Positions 9,775 through 18,713 of a DNA stretch of 64,000 bases are shown here, in pieces. Position numbers and translations under genes: made by a program. The notes beneath the pieces are model-generated. The model ran no database searches. It had not been told where the DNA came from and saw only the letters and a list, made by a program, of their open reading frames with translations. The stretch is from Armatimonadota bacterium (GTDB lineage Bacteria > Armatimonadota > Fimbriimonadia > Fimbriimonadales > GBS-DC), in assembly GCA_037445735.1 (NCBI GenBank), contig JBBIJY010000011.1:1-64000 (forward strand), given 5' to 3'. The number at the start of each line of letters is the position of its first letter. The stretch's first letter is position 1.

Positions 9775-11973
9775 ATGCCAGTGGCACTGCGATGGCTGAT
9801 TATCAGCGCATGGGTGAGCGCTCTGCTGATGGGTGGCTCCGCTGCCAATGACCCTCTCCAGCAACCCGTCACCTTCGACCAGCCTGCCCAGAGCGTTCGG
9901 CAACTGCTTCAGGTGCTTTCGCGCCAGACGGGCGTCAAACTGTTCGCGTCCAGCCCCCTCGATAACGAGATTGTGCTGGTGTTGGTGCAACAGATGCCTT
10001 TGAAGGAGCTGATGGACTATCTGGCGCAGGTGATGGATGGGGAGTGGATGAAGCAGGCAGACGGAAGCTATCGGCTGGTGCGCACGCCCAGAGCTATTCA
10101 GCGGCGGCGTGCCGAGGATGAGGCGCTGCTCCTGCGGGGTCTGCAGCGCGCACTGGAACGGCAAAAACTGAGCCAGCTCGCCGAGCCGCTCACCCAGCAG
10201 AAGACCGTTCAGCTCCGCGACAACCTCAAGCAGCTGATGCGGGAGATAGAATCTCAGGAACTGCCTGGCGACGTCTATACACAACCGCAATATCGGGCGC
10301 TGCGCGAACAGATCGATTCACTGACTGGTCTGCAGCGCGTCTGGGCGCGGCTGCTGCTTCAGCTCGACCTGCGCCAGCTGCTGAAGATACCCGTGGGTGA
10401 GCGGCGCGTGTTCAGCAATATGCCAGGGCGCTACCTGACGCCGTTCGGATTCGCCACCCAGCCCCTGCTGGAGCAGTACCGGCGCGAGTGCCAGCTGGTG
10501 CAGGATGTCTGGACACACCCCACAGAAGGCTTCAATCGCGACCAGATTGAGCAGTTTTACAACCGCTACAGGGCTATCTTGCTGGAGATTCTCGATCGCC
10601 TGACGCGCGCTCACCCGACGGACCGTCAGCCGACCAGAATCTATCTGGAGGTTCGCCGCTCCACACCCGCCTCGTGGAGTTTCAAGGTTGAGCTGACGGA
10701 CGAATCCCAGCGCACTTTTCCAGGCTGGTCGCTGGCTCACCTTCAGGTCTCACTGGAGGATCTGGGTATTAATGAGCGTTTTGCTCCTTCACCAGGGGAG
10801 CCAGTTGTGCGTGTGGAGTGGAGCGAGCCGTCGCACCGCTATCTGGAGGCGTACCGAACGCTGATGCGAACACGCGAGCCGACTCCACTGCCCGCGATTG
10901 TAGACCCCGCCCAAACAGAGCCGTTGAGCCTGATCCCGACCGACATCCTGCGCACCTTCGCCCGCCAGAAAGGCAAGCCTCTCGTTGTGCGACTCTCCGA
11001 TGAGCTGGGCGACTGGTTCCGAATGGCGATTCAGGCGCGCACAGAACTCCACCGCTTCCTTGAGGTGGCGCAGGATGTGATGCAGCTCAGCGAAACGGAG
11101 CGCGTGCTGCTGTATAAACCGCGCTGGTCATCGTACACGCCACAGCCCATCGCCGATCGCCAGCTGCTCAGCGAGCAGATTCACAAAGTGCTTCAGCAGG
11201 GCTATTTCCGTCTGGAGAACTGGCTCGCGCTCAGCACGCTGGAGCTGAACCGATTTCGCTGGGGCGGCGTGCCAGCCCTTTTGCTGGACCTTATCGTCTC
11301 GTCCGAAGATTGGACAGCGCTGATGACTGGCAACTTTCAATTCGTGCGCGCGCTGACGCCGGAACAGCTCGCGCAGCTGCAGGCGGGTAAGACGCTCATC
11401 GTCGCCGATTTAAAACCGCCCCAGCGTGCCCTGCTGAACCACGAAATCTACGAAGTGGGTATTCTCATCAACCTCGAACATGAGGGCGCAACTCGCGCGG
11501 GACCATCGGAGCGACTCTGCCAGCTGCCGCATGCTTTTTACCCCGATGGCTTGCCCCCAGACACCACGCTGAAGCTTGTGCCGGGCGACTCGTCGCTGGG
11601 GCTGTTTACCGAACGCAAGCTGGGCGTGTGGGGGGTGTGCCGCTCCCTCGACAATATCGCCTCCGAGCTGCAAATCGTTGAAAGCTTCCAGAGCGAGGAG
11701 TCGGATGCAGCGTTGCCTGAATATGCTCAGGGAATCAAAGCGCGCTATGCGCAGGCGTTGATGCCCGCCCGATTCCAGTTGTTCACGCTGGAGGTGCGCC
11801 CTGTAGCCCGGCGCCGAATCGATCTGCCGATGGAGCGATGGCGCGGCTTCGGCGACCATGAGCCGCTGACAAACACCAGCGCCGCACCGCTGGATAAACT
11901 GCCCGCCGACTTCAGACAAAAACTTGAAGAAGCAAAGCGCAGGCTGAAAGAGCGCGGCGAAATAGACGATTGA
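9775..11973 (+). CDS. Secreted hypothetical protein with an N-terminal STN-like domain
   Basis: Signal-peptide-like N-terminus; LQQPVTF...LSRQTGVKL...LKELMDYLA resembles STN/secretin-N folds; ORF of about 730 aa. Confidence 0.6.
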   Translation: MPVALRWLIISAWVSALLMGGSAANDPLQQPVTFDQPAQSVRQLLQVLSRQTGVKLFASSPLDNEIVLVLVQQMPLKELMDYLAQVMDGEWMKQADGSYRLVRTPRAIQRRRAEDEALLLRGLQRALERQKLSQLAEPLTQQKTVQLRDNLKQLMREIESQELPGDVYTQPQYRALREQIDSLTGLQRVWARLLLQLDLRQLLKIPVGERRVFSNMPGRYLTPFGFATQPLLEQYRRECQLVQDVWTHPTEGFNRDQIEQFYNRYRAILLEILDRLTRAHPTDRQPTRIYLEVRRSTPASWSFKVELTDESQRTFPGWSLAHLQVSLEDLGINERFAPSPGEPVVRVEWSEPSHRYLEAYRTLMRTREPTPLPAIVDPAQTEPLSLIPTDILRTFARQKGKPLVVRLSDELGDWFRMAIQARTELHRFLEVAQDVMQLSETERVLLYKPRWSSYTPQPIADRQLLSEQIHKVLQQGYFRLENWLALSTLELNRFRWGGVPALLLDLIVSSEDWTALMTGNFQFVRALTPEQLAQLQAGKTLIVADLKPPQRALLNHEIYEVGILINLEHEGATRAGPSERLCQLPHAFYPDGLPPDTTLKLVPGDSSLGLFTERKLGVWGVCRSLDNIASELQIVESFQSEESDAALPEYAQGIKARYAQALMPARFQLFTLEVRPVARRRIDLPMERWRGFGDHEPLTNTSAAPLDKLPADFRQKLEEAKRRLKERGEIDD

Positions 11974-11980
11974 AGAGCAT

Positions 11981-12008
11981 AGAGGGGTGCACGGCGGTGC
12001 GCCCTTGC
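11981..12008 (+). repeat. GTAG-type REP-like palindrome (family 2)
   Basis: AGAGGGGTGCACGGCGGTGCGCCCTTGC between convergent genes; near-identical inverted copy at 13456-13482. Confidence 0.65.
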
Positions 12009-12014
12009 AATCGG

Positions 12015-13424
12015 TTATGGCGGCTCGATTTCGCTGTAGAGGGGATGGTCGGCGCGGCGGTAGAGGCGTTGCAGGCATGTCCAGTGCAGATCGGCTGGCA
12101 ACGCCCGCAGAAACTCGCTGAGCTGCTGCTCGCTCAGGGCGCCATCCGCCAGATAGCGCGCCCGATACCAGTTCAGCAGATAACGCTCCTGCATCAGCGG
12201 ATGGACAGAGCTGTCAGGCGCATACACGGGCACGCCGCGATTGGAAACGATTGTCAGCCGCAACGCGCCGACACGCTCGGGCAGTCGGGGCAGCCCCACG
12301 CTGTGGATAAAGAGGTCAACTCCCACCGTCTGCCAGCCCTCTGCGTCAGCGGAGGCGACGGACGGCGGCACGATAATGGCTGGCTCCGCAGGCTCCGAAT
12401 CGGGGCGGGACCTGTCTGCGCGGCGGGGCAGATGGCTGATGATCGCCAGCGTGAACTCGCGCGTGGTGGCGTTGCCGCCCAGATCGCGCGTCTTGATGCC
12501 CGACACCAGCGTGTAGCGCAACGCGCTCTCCACACGCTCGGCGTCCTCGTGCAATCCCAGATGGTGCAGCATTTGAACCGCCGAGAGCAGAATCGCTGTC
12601 GGGTTCGCGATGCCACGCCCCGCTATATCGGGCGCGGAGCCATGCACCGCCTCGAACACCGCATAGCCGTTGCCGATGTTGCCCCCAGGCGCCACGCCCA
12701 GCCCGCCCACCAGACCCGCGCACAAATCGCTCACAATGTCACCAAACAGGTTCGGCAAAATCACCACATCGAACCGCTCCGGGTGCGTCACCAGCTGCAG
12801 GCAGGCGTTGTCAATCAGAATATCGTCCGTTTCCAGGTCGGGATAGTCCTGTGCCACCTCGCGAAAGGTCTGCAGGAACAGCCCGTCGGTGATCTTGTGG
12901 ATGTTGGCTTTGTGAACGCAGGTAATTTTGCGCCGTTTGAGCCGTCGCGCCAGCTCAAAAGCGTAGCGAATGACCATCTGCGAGCCGGGGCGCGTGATGA
13001 TGCGCAGCGACTCAGTTACATCGGGCGTCTGCCAGTATTCGACGCCCGCATAGGTGTCCTCGATGTTCTCCCGCACCAGAATGATGTCCACATTGCTATA
13101 TCGGCTGGGGATGCCCGGCAGGGAGCGAGCGGGGCGCACATTGGCAAAGAGGTCGAACGCCTGACGGATGGCAACATTGATGCTGCGATGCCCCGTGCCG
13201 ATGGGCGTGGTGGTGGGTCCCTTGAGCGCGACCCGATTGCGCCGAATCGATTCGAGCGTCGCTTCGGGCAGGGGGTCACCACACTTCTGCAGGCAGGCTA
13301 AACCCGCTTCCGCTTCCTCCCACTCGATGGGCACGCCTGCCGCCGCCAGCACCTGCACGACCGACTCGGTAATCTCAGGACCAATCCCGTCGCCGCGAAT
13401 CAGCGTCACGCGCCGCTTGCTCAT
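12015..13424 (-). CDS. icd: Isocitrate dehydrogenase with a C-terminal extension
   Basis: GDGIGPEI, LKGPTTTPIG, VRENIEDTYAG, HKANI, NLFGDIVSD, FEAVHGSAPDIAG. Confidence 0.85.
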   Translation of the reverse strand: MSKRRVTLIRGDGIGPEITESVVQVLAAAGVPIEWEEAEAGLACLQKCGDPLPEATLESIRRNRVALKGPTTTPIGTGHRSINVAIRQAFDLFANVRPARSLPGIPSRYSNVDIILVRENIEDTYAGVEYWQTPDVTESLRIITRPGSQMVIRYAFELARRLKRRKITCVHKANIHKITDGLFLQTFREVAQDYPDLETDDILIDNACLQLVTHPERFDVVILPNLFGDIVSDLCAGLVGGLGVAPGGNIGNGYAVFEAVHGSAPDIAGRGIANPTAILLSAVQMLHHLGLHEDAERVESALRYTLVSGIKTRDLGGNATTREFTLAIISHLPRRADRSRPDSEPAEPAIIVPPSVASADAEGWQTVGVDLFIHSVGLPRLPERVGALRLTIVSNRGVPVYAPDSSVHPLMQERYLLNWYRARYLADGALSEQQLSEFLRALPADLHWTCLQRLYRRADHPLYSEIEPP

Positions 13425-13455
13425 CGGCGAGATTGTACCCGCTCATGGCGAGCTG

Positions 13456-13482
13456 GCAGGGGGCACCGCCGTGCGCCCCTAC
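13456..13482 (-). repeat. GTAG-type REP-like palindrome (family 2)
   Basis: Reverse complement GTAGGGGCGCACGGCGGTGCCCCCTGC. Confidence 0.7.
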
Positions 13483-14759
13483 TCGTTCACAAGCTCGTTC
13501 ACAAACTCGAAAAGATTGCCGTAGTAGCCCTGAAAGTAGCCGATGCAATTGATGCCGACCGTCAGAATGATAATGAGCAGGGCGAAGCGCGTGATGGAGA
13601 ATCGGTACATGCGGGCAGCGCCCTCACAGCGTGCTTCATAGAGCTGCGCCAGCCGACCCAGCATGCCGACCACATCGCCTGTTTGCACGCCTGTGCTGAT
13701 GAGCGTGATCTCGTCGGGCTGGAAGAGGCGCGTGTCGGCAAGCGCGATGTCGATGGGCACGGAACGCTCCCCCTCAAACAGGCGCAGATTAAGCAGCGAT
13801 TCGGCGATTGCGCGGTTGGGCACCGCGCTCGCAGCCAGATTCCACGCGGTGCCAGGCGCGACGCCCGCGTTCAGCAAGCGCATCAGATGCTCCACAAAAA
13901 ACTGCAGCGCCCGCGCGCGAATCCAGTCGCTGTAGCCCCACAGATAGGGCACGGCGAGCGACGCCATCGAGCGCCATCGCTCTGTCCGCGCCGAACGCGC
14001 GAACAGCCACCAGCCAAGCCACAACAGCAATACCACTATCCAGAACGGCACCCCGTAATACAGCACCAGCTCCAGCCACGCCTGCAAATAGGCGGCGACG
14101 GGACTCATCTGCGGCGATTGCGTGTAGAGTTTCAGCCCCTGCAGGAAGGCGGCGGAGGCGGGCGCCACCATCGGCACCACGATAATGGCGTTGATGAGCA
14201 GCAGGCGCGGCATCCAGAACCAGCGGCGGCGCTTCACCCGTTCCTCAAAGAAGGTCGCCAGCTGGTTACAGACATCGGGCAGGTAGCCGCCCATCTCCGC
14301 CGCGCGAATCGCGCCCCGCACGAACGCGGGGAACAGCTGGGGGAACTGCTCCATCCCGCTGGAGAACGGTTCGCCGCGCTGCGCCATGCGCGCTATCTGC
14401 ATGCATGCTTCCTGCAGGCGCTCGTCGGGCACGCGGCGGCTCAGATACAGGCAGGCGTCGCCCACCGTGTAGCCCGCTTTCAGGAAGCTGGCGAGCTGCG
14501 CGAAGAGCAATGCGAGCGAGTAGTCGCTCACCGCCGCGCTCTCCCACTGACTCGGCGCGGTGGGTGCGACAGGTTGCGCGGGTGCGGGACCTGCCAGCGT
14601 TGCCACGCTGGGTGGCGAGCGCACCTCCACCAGCTGCTGAACCAGCAAGCCCTGCGCCTGCAGCAGTCGCTGGGCATTGAGCGGGTTGTCCGCCTGCACT
14701 GTGCCCGTCTGCGGGCGCCCCGCCCGATCAATCGCCTGATAGCGATAGGTGCGCTTCAT
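13479..14759 (-). CDS. Type II secretion system F / PilC-family protein
   Basis: YRYQAIDRAG start; two T2SSF repeats (QLASFLKAG...AAEMGGYL and LLNAGV...GVQTGDV). Confidence 0.88.
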   Translation of the reverse strand: MKRTYRYQAIDRAGRPQTGTVQADNPLNAQRLLQAQGLLVQQLVEVRSPPSVATLAGPAPAQPVAPTAPSQWESAAVSDYSLALLFAQLASFLKAGYTVGDACLYLSRRVPDERLQEACMQIARMAQRGEPFSSGMEQFPQLFPAFVRGAIRAAEMGGYLPDVCNQLATFFEERVKRRRWFWMPRLLLINAIIVVPMVAPASAAFLQGLKLYTQSPQMSPVAAYLQAWLELVLYYGVPFWIVVLLLWLGWWLFARSARTERWRSMASLAVPYLWGYSDWIRARALQFFVEHLMRLLNAGVAPGTAWNLAASAVPNRAIAESLLNLRLFEGERSVPIDIALADTRLFQPDEITLISTGVQTGDVVGMLGRLAQLYEARCEGAARMYRFSITRFALLIIILTVGINCIGYFQGYYGNLFEFVNELVNE

Positions 14760-15240
14760 AGGGGCGAATCTCCTGCGCCTGCAGAGCGGGGTTGGCTAAC
14801 AGCGCACGCACCGGCGTGCCATCGGGCAGCACATAATCGGGCGTCATCTCGATCAGGGGCACCAGCACGAACGCCCGCTCGCGCATCATGGGATGCGGAA
14901 TGGTTAACCGCTCGCTTTGCAGGGTAAGATGGTCGTAGAGAATGATGTCGATATCCAGCGGTCGGGGTAGCCAGCGCCCTGCCGTTTCGATGCGTCCCAG
15001 CTCGCGTTCCAGCGCCTTAAGCGCGTCCAGTAAATCGTGCGGGCTGAGTGCGGTCTCCGCCCACATGCCGAGATTGAGGTAGGGGCGGGGGTCGGGCGTC
15101 TCGCCGACGGGCGCGGTCTCGTACACACGCGAAATCTGACGCGGGTAAACCCCATACGCGGGCAGCCGCTCAATGCCTGCCTGCAGGTTCTTCAGCCGAT
15201 TGCCCAGATTCGAGCCGAGACTGAGATAGACCCGCGCCAT
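14728..15240 (-). CDS. folK: 6-hydroxymethyl-7,8-dihydropterin pyrophosphokinase
   Basis: YLSLGSNLG, PRPLDIDII, LTIPHP.M.ERAFVLVPL. Confidence 0.95.
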   Translation of the reverse strand: MARVYLSLGSNLGNRLKNLQAGIERLPAYGVYPRQISRVYETAPVGETPDPRPYLNLGMWAETALSPHDLLDALKALERELGRIETAGRWLPRPLDIDIILYDHLTLQSERLTIPHPMMRERAFVLVPLIEMTPDYVLPDGTPVRALLANPALQAQEIRPYEAHLSLSGD

Positions 15241-15252
15241 CGTGGTTGTGGA

Positions 15253-15327
15253 TGGTGGGCGGTGCTGGACTTGAACCAGCGACCTCCTCGGTGTGAACGA
15301 GGCGCTCTGCCACTGAGCTAACCGCCC
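15253..15327 (-). tRNA. tRNA-Val(CAC)
   Basis: Reverse complement GGGCGGTTAGCTCAGTGG...CCTCG-TT-CAC-AC-CGAGG...GGTTCAAGTCC...CCA. Confidence 0.95.
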
Positions 15328-15330
15328 TTC

Positions 15331-15416
15331 TGGTGCGCGGGGTGGGACTCGAACCCACACGGGCTGCGCCCACATGGCCCTCAACCATGCGTGTCTACCA
15401 GTTCCACCACCCGCGC
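15331..15416 (-). tRNA. tRNA-Leu(GAG)
   Basis: Reverse complement GCGCGGGTGGTGGAACTGGTAGAC...CATGG-TT-GAG-GG-CCATG, long variable arm, CCA end. Confidence 0.95.
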
Positions 15417-15426
15417 GACCCAATTG

Positions 15427-15457
15427 ATTATACCCCATCGCCATGCGCGACTGTCAA
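15427..15457 (-). promoter_or_regulatory. sigma70 promoter for the tRNA-Leu/tRNA-Val/folK unit
   Basis: Perfect hexamers TTGACA and TATAAT on the minus strand, 19-nt spacer. Confidence 0.7.
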
Positions 15458-15471
15458 GGGGTTGTGAGGAG

Positions 15472-15560
15472 CCCCCTCACCCGTACCCTCTCCCCCGATG
15501 CGGGGGAGAGGGGCTTAGTTTCTCCCTCTCCCCTCTGGGGAGAGGGTAGGGGTGAGGGGC
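15472..15560. repeat. Bipartite CCCTCACCC/CCCTCTCCC palindromic repeat (family 1)
   Basis: CCCCCTCACCCGTACCCTCTCCCCC-GATGC-GGGGGAGAGGGG followed by inverted unit CCCTCTCCCC-TCT-GGGGAGAGGGTAGGGGTGAGGGG. Confidence 0.9.
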
Positions 15561-15619
15561 ATCCTTGCCTCTGGTTGGATTTTTCGAACAGCCTCAGAGG
15601 TGGGGAAGCCGCGATGGCT

Positions 15620-16495
15620 TCAGCGATGGCTCTTGTGGCGGTGGCGCAGGGCGAACCACTGCCAGGCGTCGGCGAGCGTCGGCTCGCGCAGATAGACGGC
15701 GCGCACAGCACCGTAGCCCTCCTGCAGAAGGCGTAAGGCGAGCGCGTCGTCCGCAAACAGGCTCAGCCGATAACCGTCGCCCTGCTCCACCACCCGAAAC
15801 TCCACCTCGCCCAGCACATCCAGCACAGGCTGGAGGTCGGTGGTCTCAATCTCCAGCCGTGTCGCCTGCAGCTCGCGTACGAGCTGGTCGGGCGTGTCGA
15901 AGGCGAGGAGGCGTCCCTGATGGAGCATCAGCACGCGGTCGGCATGGCGGGCAATGGCGGGGTCGCGCGTGGCGAACAGGATGGCGGACCCGAATCGGCA
16001 GCGTTCTTCCAGCTCCATCCAGAGCCGTTGCCGCCGCTCGAAATCGGCTTTATCGAAGGGGTCATCGAGCAGGTAGAGGCTGGCGCGTTGTGCCAGCGCG
16101 GTGCCGACCTGCAGCATGGCGCGGGCGCCGTCGGACAGCCCGGCAATCGGGGTGTCCACCTGCTCGCCCAGCCCCAGCAGCTCCAGCAGGTAGACCGCCC
16201 GCGTCCAGCTAAAGGCGTGGCGCTTCATCCAGCGGTTCGGTGTGAGCTTCAGCGCGGCACGCCCGGCGGGCAACTCGGGCATCACGGCGAAATCGGCACA
16301 CTCCAGCACGCCCGCCTCCAGCGACAACTCGCCCGCAATCAGCGCCAGCAGCAAGCTCTTACCCGAACCGCTGGGACCAAACAGCGCGACGCACTCACCC
16401 CGATACACCTCAAAGCTCAGCGACTGTAGCTGAAAGTCGCCCACTGGCTCCGACACAAGCCCCTGCGCCCGCAACAGCAGCCTCTCCGCCGACAT
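15620..16495 (-). CDS. ABC transporter ATP-binding protein with degenerate motifs
   Basis: Walker A GPSGSGKS; LSDG; YLLDDP; FATRD. Confidence 0.8.
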   Translation of the reverse strand: MSAERLLLRAQGLVSEPVGDFQLQSLSFEVYRGECVALFGPSGSGKSLLLALIAGELSLEAGVLECADFAVMPELPAGRAALKLTPNRWMKRHAFSWTRAVYLLELLGLGEQVDTPIAGLSDGARAMLQVGTALAQRASLYLLDDPFDKADFERRQRLWMELEERCRFGSAILFATRDPAIARHADRVLMLHQGRLLAFDTPDQLVRELQATRLEIETTDLQPVLDVLGEVEFRVVEQGDGYRLSLFADDALALRLLQEGYGAVRAVYLREPTLADAWQWFALRHRHKSHR

Positions 16496-17268
16496 CAGCG
16501 CACCACTTCAGGGTTCGTCTGATGCATCGCCGCAAGCATCTGCTCGGCGAACGCCTTCAGCGACTCGGCATCACGCTCCGAATTGCCCGTGCTGGGCTTG
16601 ATAAAACGAATGAAGTAAGCCCGCTGATCGATACCCGCCACTCGCGAGACCAGCAGCAGAATGCGCGCGCTCGAAGTGTCGGCACGGTAGCCCATCGGCG
16701 TTGAATAGAAGTAAATCCCGACCGCCTCGCGCTTGGCGCCCGCCAGGTTCACCAGATGCACCAGCCGCGCATGGATGGGTTCTTTCAGACCCGGCACGCG
16801 CAACAGCACCTCGCGATTATCGACGAACTCCCAGTTCTGCACGCGGAAGCAGACCTGCGGGTTGTGGAACGCGCCCGTGTGGGAGCCTGCCAGAATGATA
16901 AAATCGGCTTCCTCGCCGTTATGGTTCACATAGACGCGGGCGATATATTCGTCGGGCTTCAGCTCGTTGGCAGCATCGGCTGACATCTCGTACTCCTGAA
17001 TCATCTGCCATTCGCCGACCTGTTTGGGCACGCGATTGAGCGTGCGCTCGCCCGGTTTGGCGGGCGCCCGCGGCATAAATTGCACCGCGAGCAGCACGCC
17101 CACCATCAGCAGGGTCAGCACTGCCATCGGCACGCGAAACCGACGCCAGTCCATCGGCACGCTGGCAGCCGATTCTGCCTGCGGGACGGCATCTGCGCCC
17201 TTCGACGGCTCGACGCCATCGGCTGGCTCTGGCAGGTGTGCCTCTTCCTGCACTTTTATCTCTTCCAT
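16495..17268 (-). CDS. Exosortase-associated EpsI-family protein
   Basis: TM anchor, VPKQVGEW, LKPDEYIARVY, HNPQVCF; directly after the exosortase. Confidence 0.85.
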   Translation of the reverse strand: MEEIKVQEEAHLPEPADGVEPSKGADAVPQAESAASVPMDWRRFRVPMAVLTLLMVGVLLAVQFMPRAPAKPGERTLNRVPKQVGEWQMIQEYEMSADAANELKPDEYIARVYVNHNGEEADFIILAGSHTGAFHNPQVCFRVQNWEFVDNREVLLRVPGLKEPIHARLVHLVNLAGAKREAVGIYFYSTPMGYRADTSSARILLLVSRVAGIDQRAYFIRFIKPSTGNSERDAESLKAFAEQMLAAMHQTNPEVVR

Positions 17269-18167
17269 CCGAGCCACCTCGCTATCAGAAAGAGCGCCAC
17301 AAACGGGATCAGAATCTCCAGAGCGCCCGTCGTCGGAATGTTGACCGTGCCCAGCAGGGGCAGGGTCAGTTCGTAGCCCTCATGCGCTATCTTACCCGCT
17401 TCGGGTCCAAAGTGATGCCCGAAAATCGCTATCAGCGCGATGCGGATGCCGTTGGAAAGAATCGCAATCGGCAGCAGGGCAACGGGCAGGATGAGCTTCT
17501 TCCAGAGGGGCAAATCGGTCAGCGTAAAAAAGAACAGCAGGAAAGTGAGCAGGGCGACCGTCACCTTGAAGCCGCTGCATTCCACACCCACATGCAGCTC
17601 GTAGCCCGACGGCATAATAAAGGTCACCTGACTGGTGCGCAACAGACTGTAGAAGGGCGACAGAATCGCCAGCGCCACCTCCGTCGACCACACCTTGATG
17701 GGATTGGTGACTTCATCGAACACGACGGAGGGCATCGGCATCATCAGGTAGAGGAAAAGCAACGGGTAGAGCAGCACGCGCGTGATGCGCGTGCCAAACA
17801 GCAGCAGGCTCCCCCCAATCAGAAAGAGCGGGAAGCCCATGCTGGAGAGCCAGCTTGACCAGCCCCAGTGCCCCAGCAGGTGCAACCCTGCGCCCCACAG
17901 CAGCACAGGGATACCCCACCACGACGGTTGAGCCTGCAGTTGCAGCAGCTGCTCCCGCCGCATCCAGATCATCACCATCGCCAGCGGCGGCACCAGATAG
18001 GCATACGAATAGTAGCCGTTGGGGTCGCCCCAGCGCAGCAGCCAGTACCACTCAATCACCTCGCGATAGGCATACAGCAACGCGCCGATAAACGCCACCA
18101 CGAACACCACCCACACAGGGTGAGGACGCGGCAGCCGCTTCAACTCTAATAAGAACTGATCCAGCAT
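17256..18167 (-). CDS. Exosortase (EpsH family)
   Basis: Multi-TM; YSYAYLVPP; catalytic Cys (VECSG), Arg (NGIRI) and His (IAHE). Confidence 0.9.
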   Translation of the reverse strand: MLDQFLLELKRLPRPHPVWVVFVVAFIGALLYAYREVIEWYWLLRWGDPNGYYSYAYLVPPLAMVMIWMRREQLLQLQAQPSWWGIPVLLWGAGLHLLGHWGWSSWLSSMGFPLFLIGGSLLLFGTRITRVLLYPLLFLYLMMPMPSVVFDEVTNPIKVWSTEVALAILSPFYSLLRTSQVTFIMPSGYELHVGVECSGFKVTVALLTFLLFFFTLTDLPLWKKLILPVALLPIAILSNGIRIALIAIFGHHFGPEAGKIAHEGYELTLPLLGTVNIPTTGALEILIPFVALFLIARWLGWKR

Positions 18168-18182
18168 CGTCTCTGCCTCCCG

Positions 18183-18710
18183 TTAAGGCATGGCGTCTTT
18201 GAAGGTCCAGTATTTGTTCGCGAAGAAGTTCCAGAACAGCACAATCAGCGTGGCGACCGCCTGTGCGCCCATAAACAGCATCGGGTGCGGCTTATGCGGC
18301 GGTGGGGGCAGGAAAGGGCGCACAATCAGCGTGGTGATGGTGGAGTTCAGCAGCATTCCAATCACATTCACCGTCACGAAGCGGGCGAACTGGCGCGTGC
18401 GTGCATGGCGACCCTGAATGCGGAAGGTCCAGCGACGGTTCCAGATGAAGCTGTTGCAGGTCGCTGTGCCCGATGAGATGACTTTGGTGACGAACACCGC
18501 GAGGGCTTCGGGGCGCAGAGCAAAGCCAAGCGTGTTCAGCCCGTTTGCCAGCCAGCCACCCAGCAGGCGCGGAATCGGCGTAAAGTAGGTCAGCACAAAT
18601 GCCAGACCCCAGTCCAGCGCGGTGTTGAACGCGCCCACTGTGCAAAACTTCAAAAATTGCCGAACCCCAGGGGGCAGGCTGTTCACCAGTGTGCGTGCGC
18701 TCGTCAACAT
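18183..18710 (-). CDS. GtrA-family flippase-like protein
   Basis: QFLKFCTVGAFNT, SFIWNRRWTF, WNFFANKYWTF. Confidence 0.92.
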   Translation of the reverse strand: MLTSARTLVNSLPPGVRQFLKFCTVGAFNTALDWGLAFVLTYFTPIPRLLGGWLANGLNTLGFALRPEALAVFVTKVISSGTATCNSFIWNRRWTFRIQGRHARTRQFARFVTVNVIGMLLNSTITTLIVRPFLPPPPHKPHPMLFMGAQAVATLIVLFWNFFANKYWTFKDAMP

Positions 18711-18713
18711 TGC

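Noticed and set aside
15241-15444. N-terminal extension of folK in the ORF track
   Set aside because: It runs through two tRNA genes; FolK similarity begins at ATG 15240
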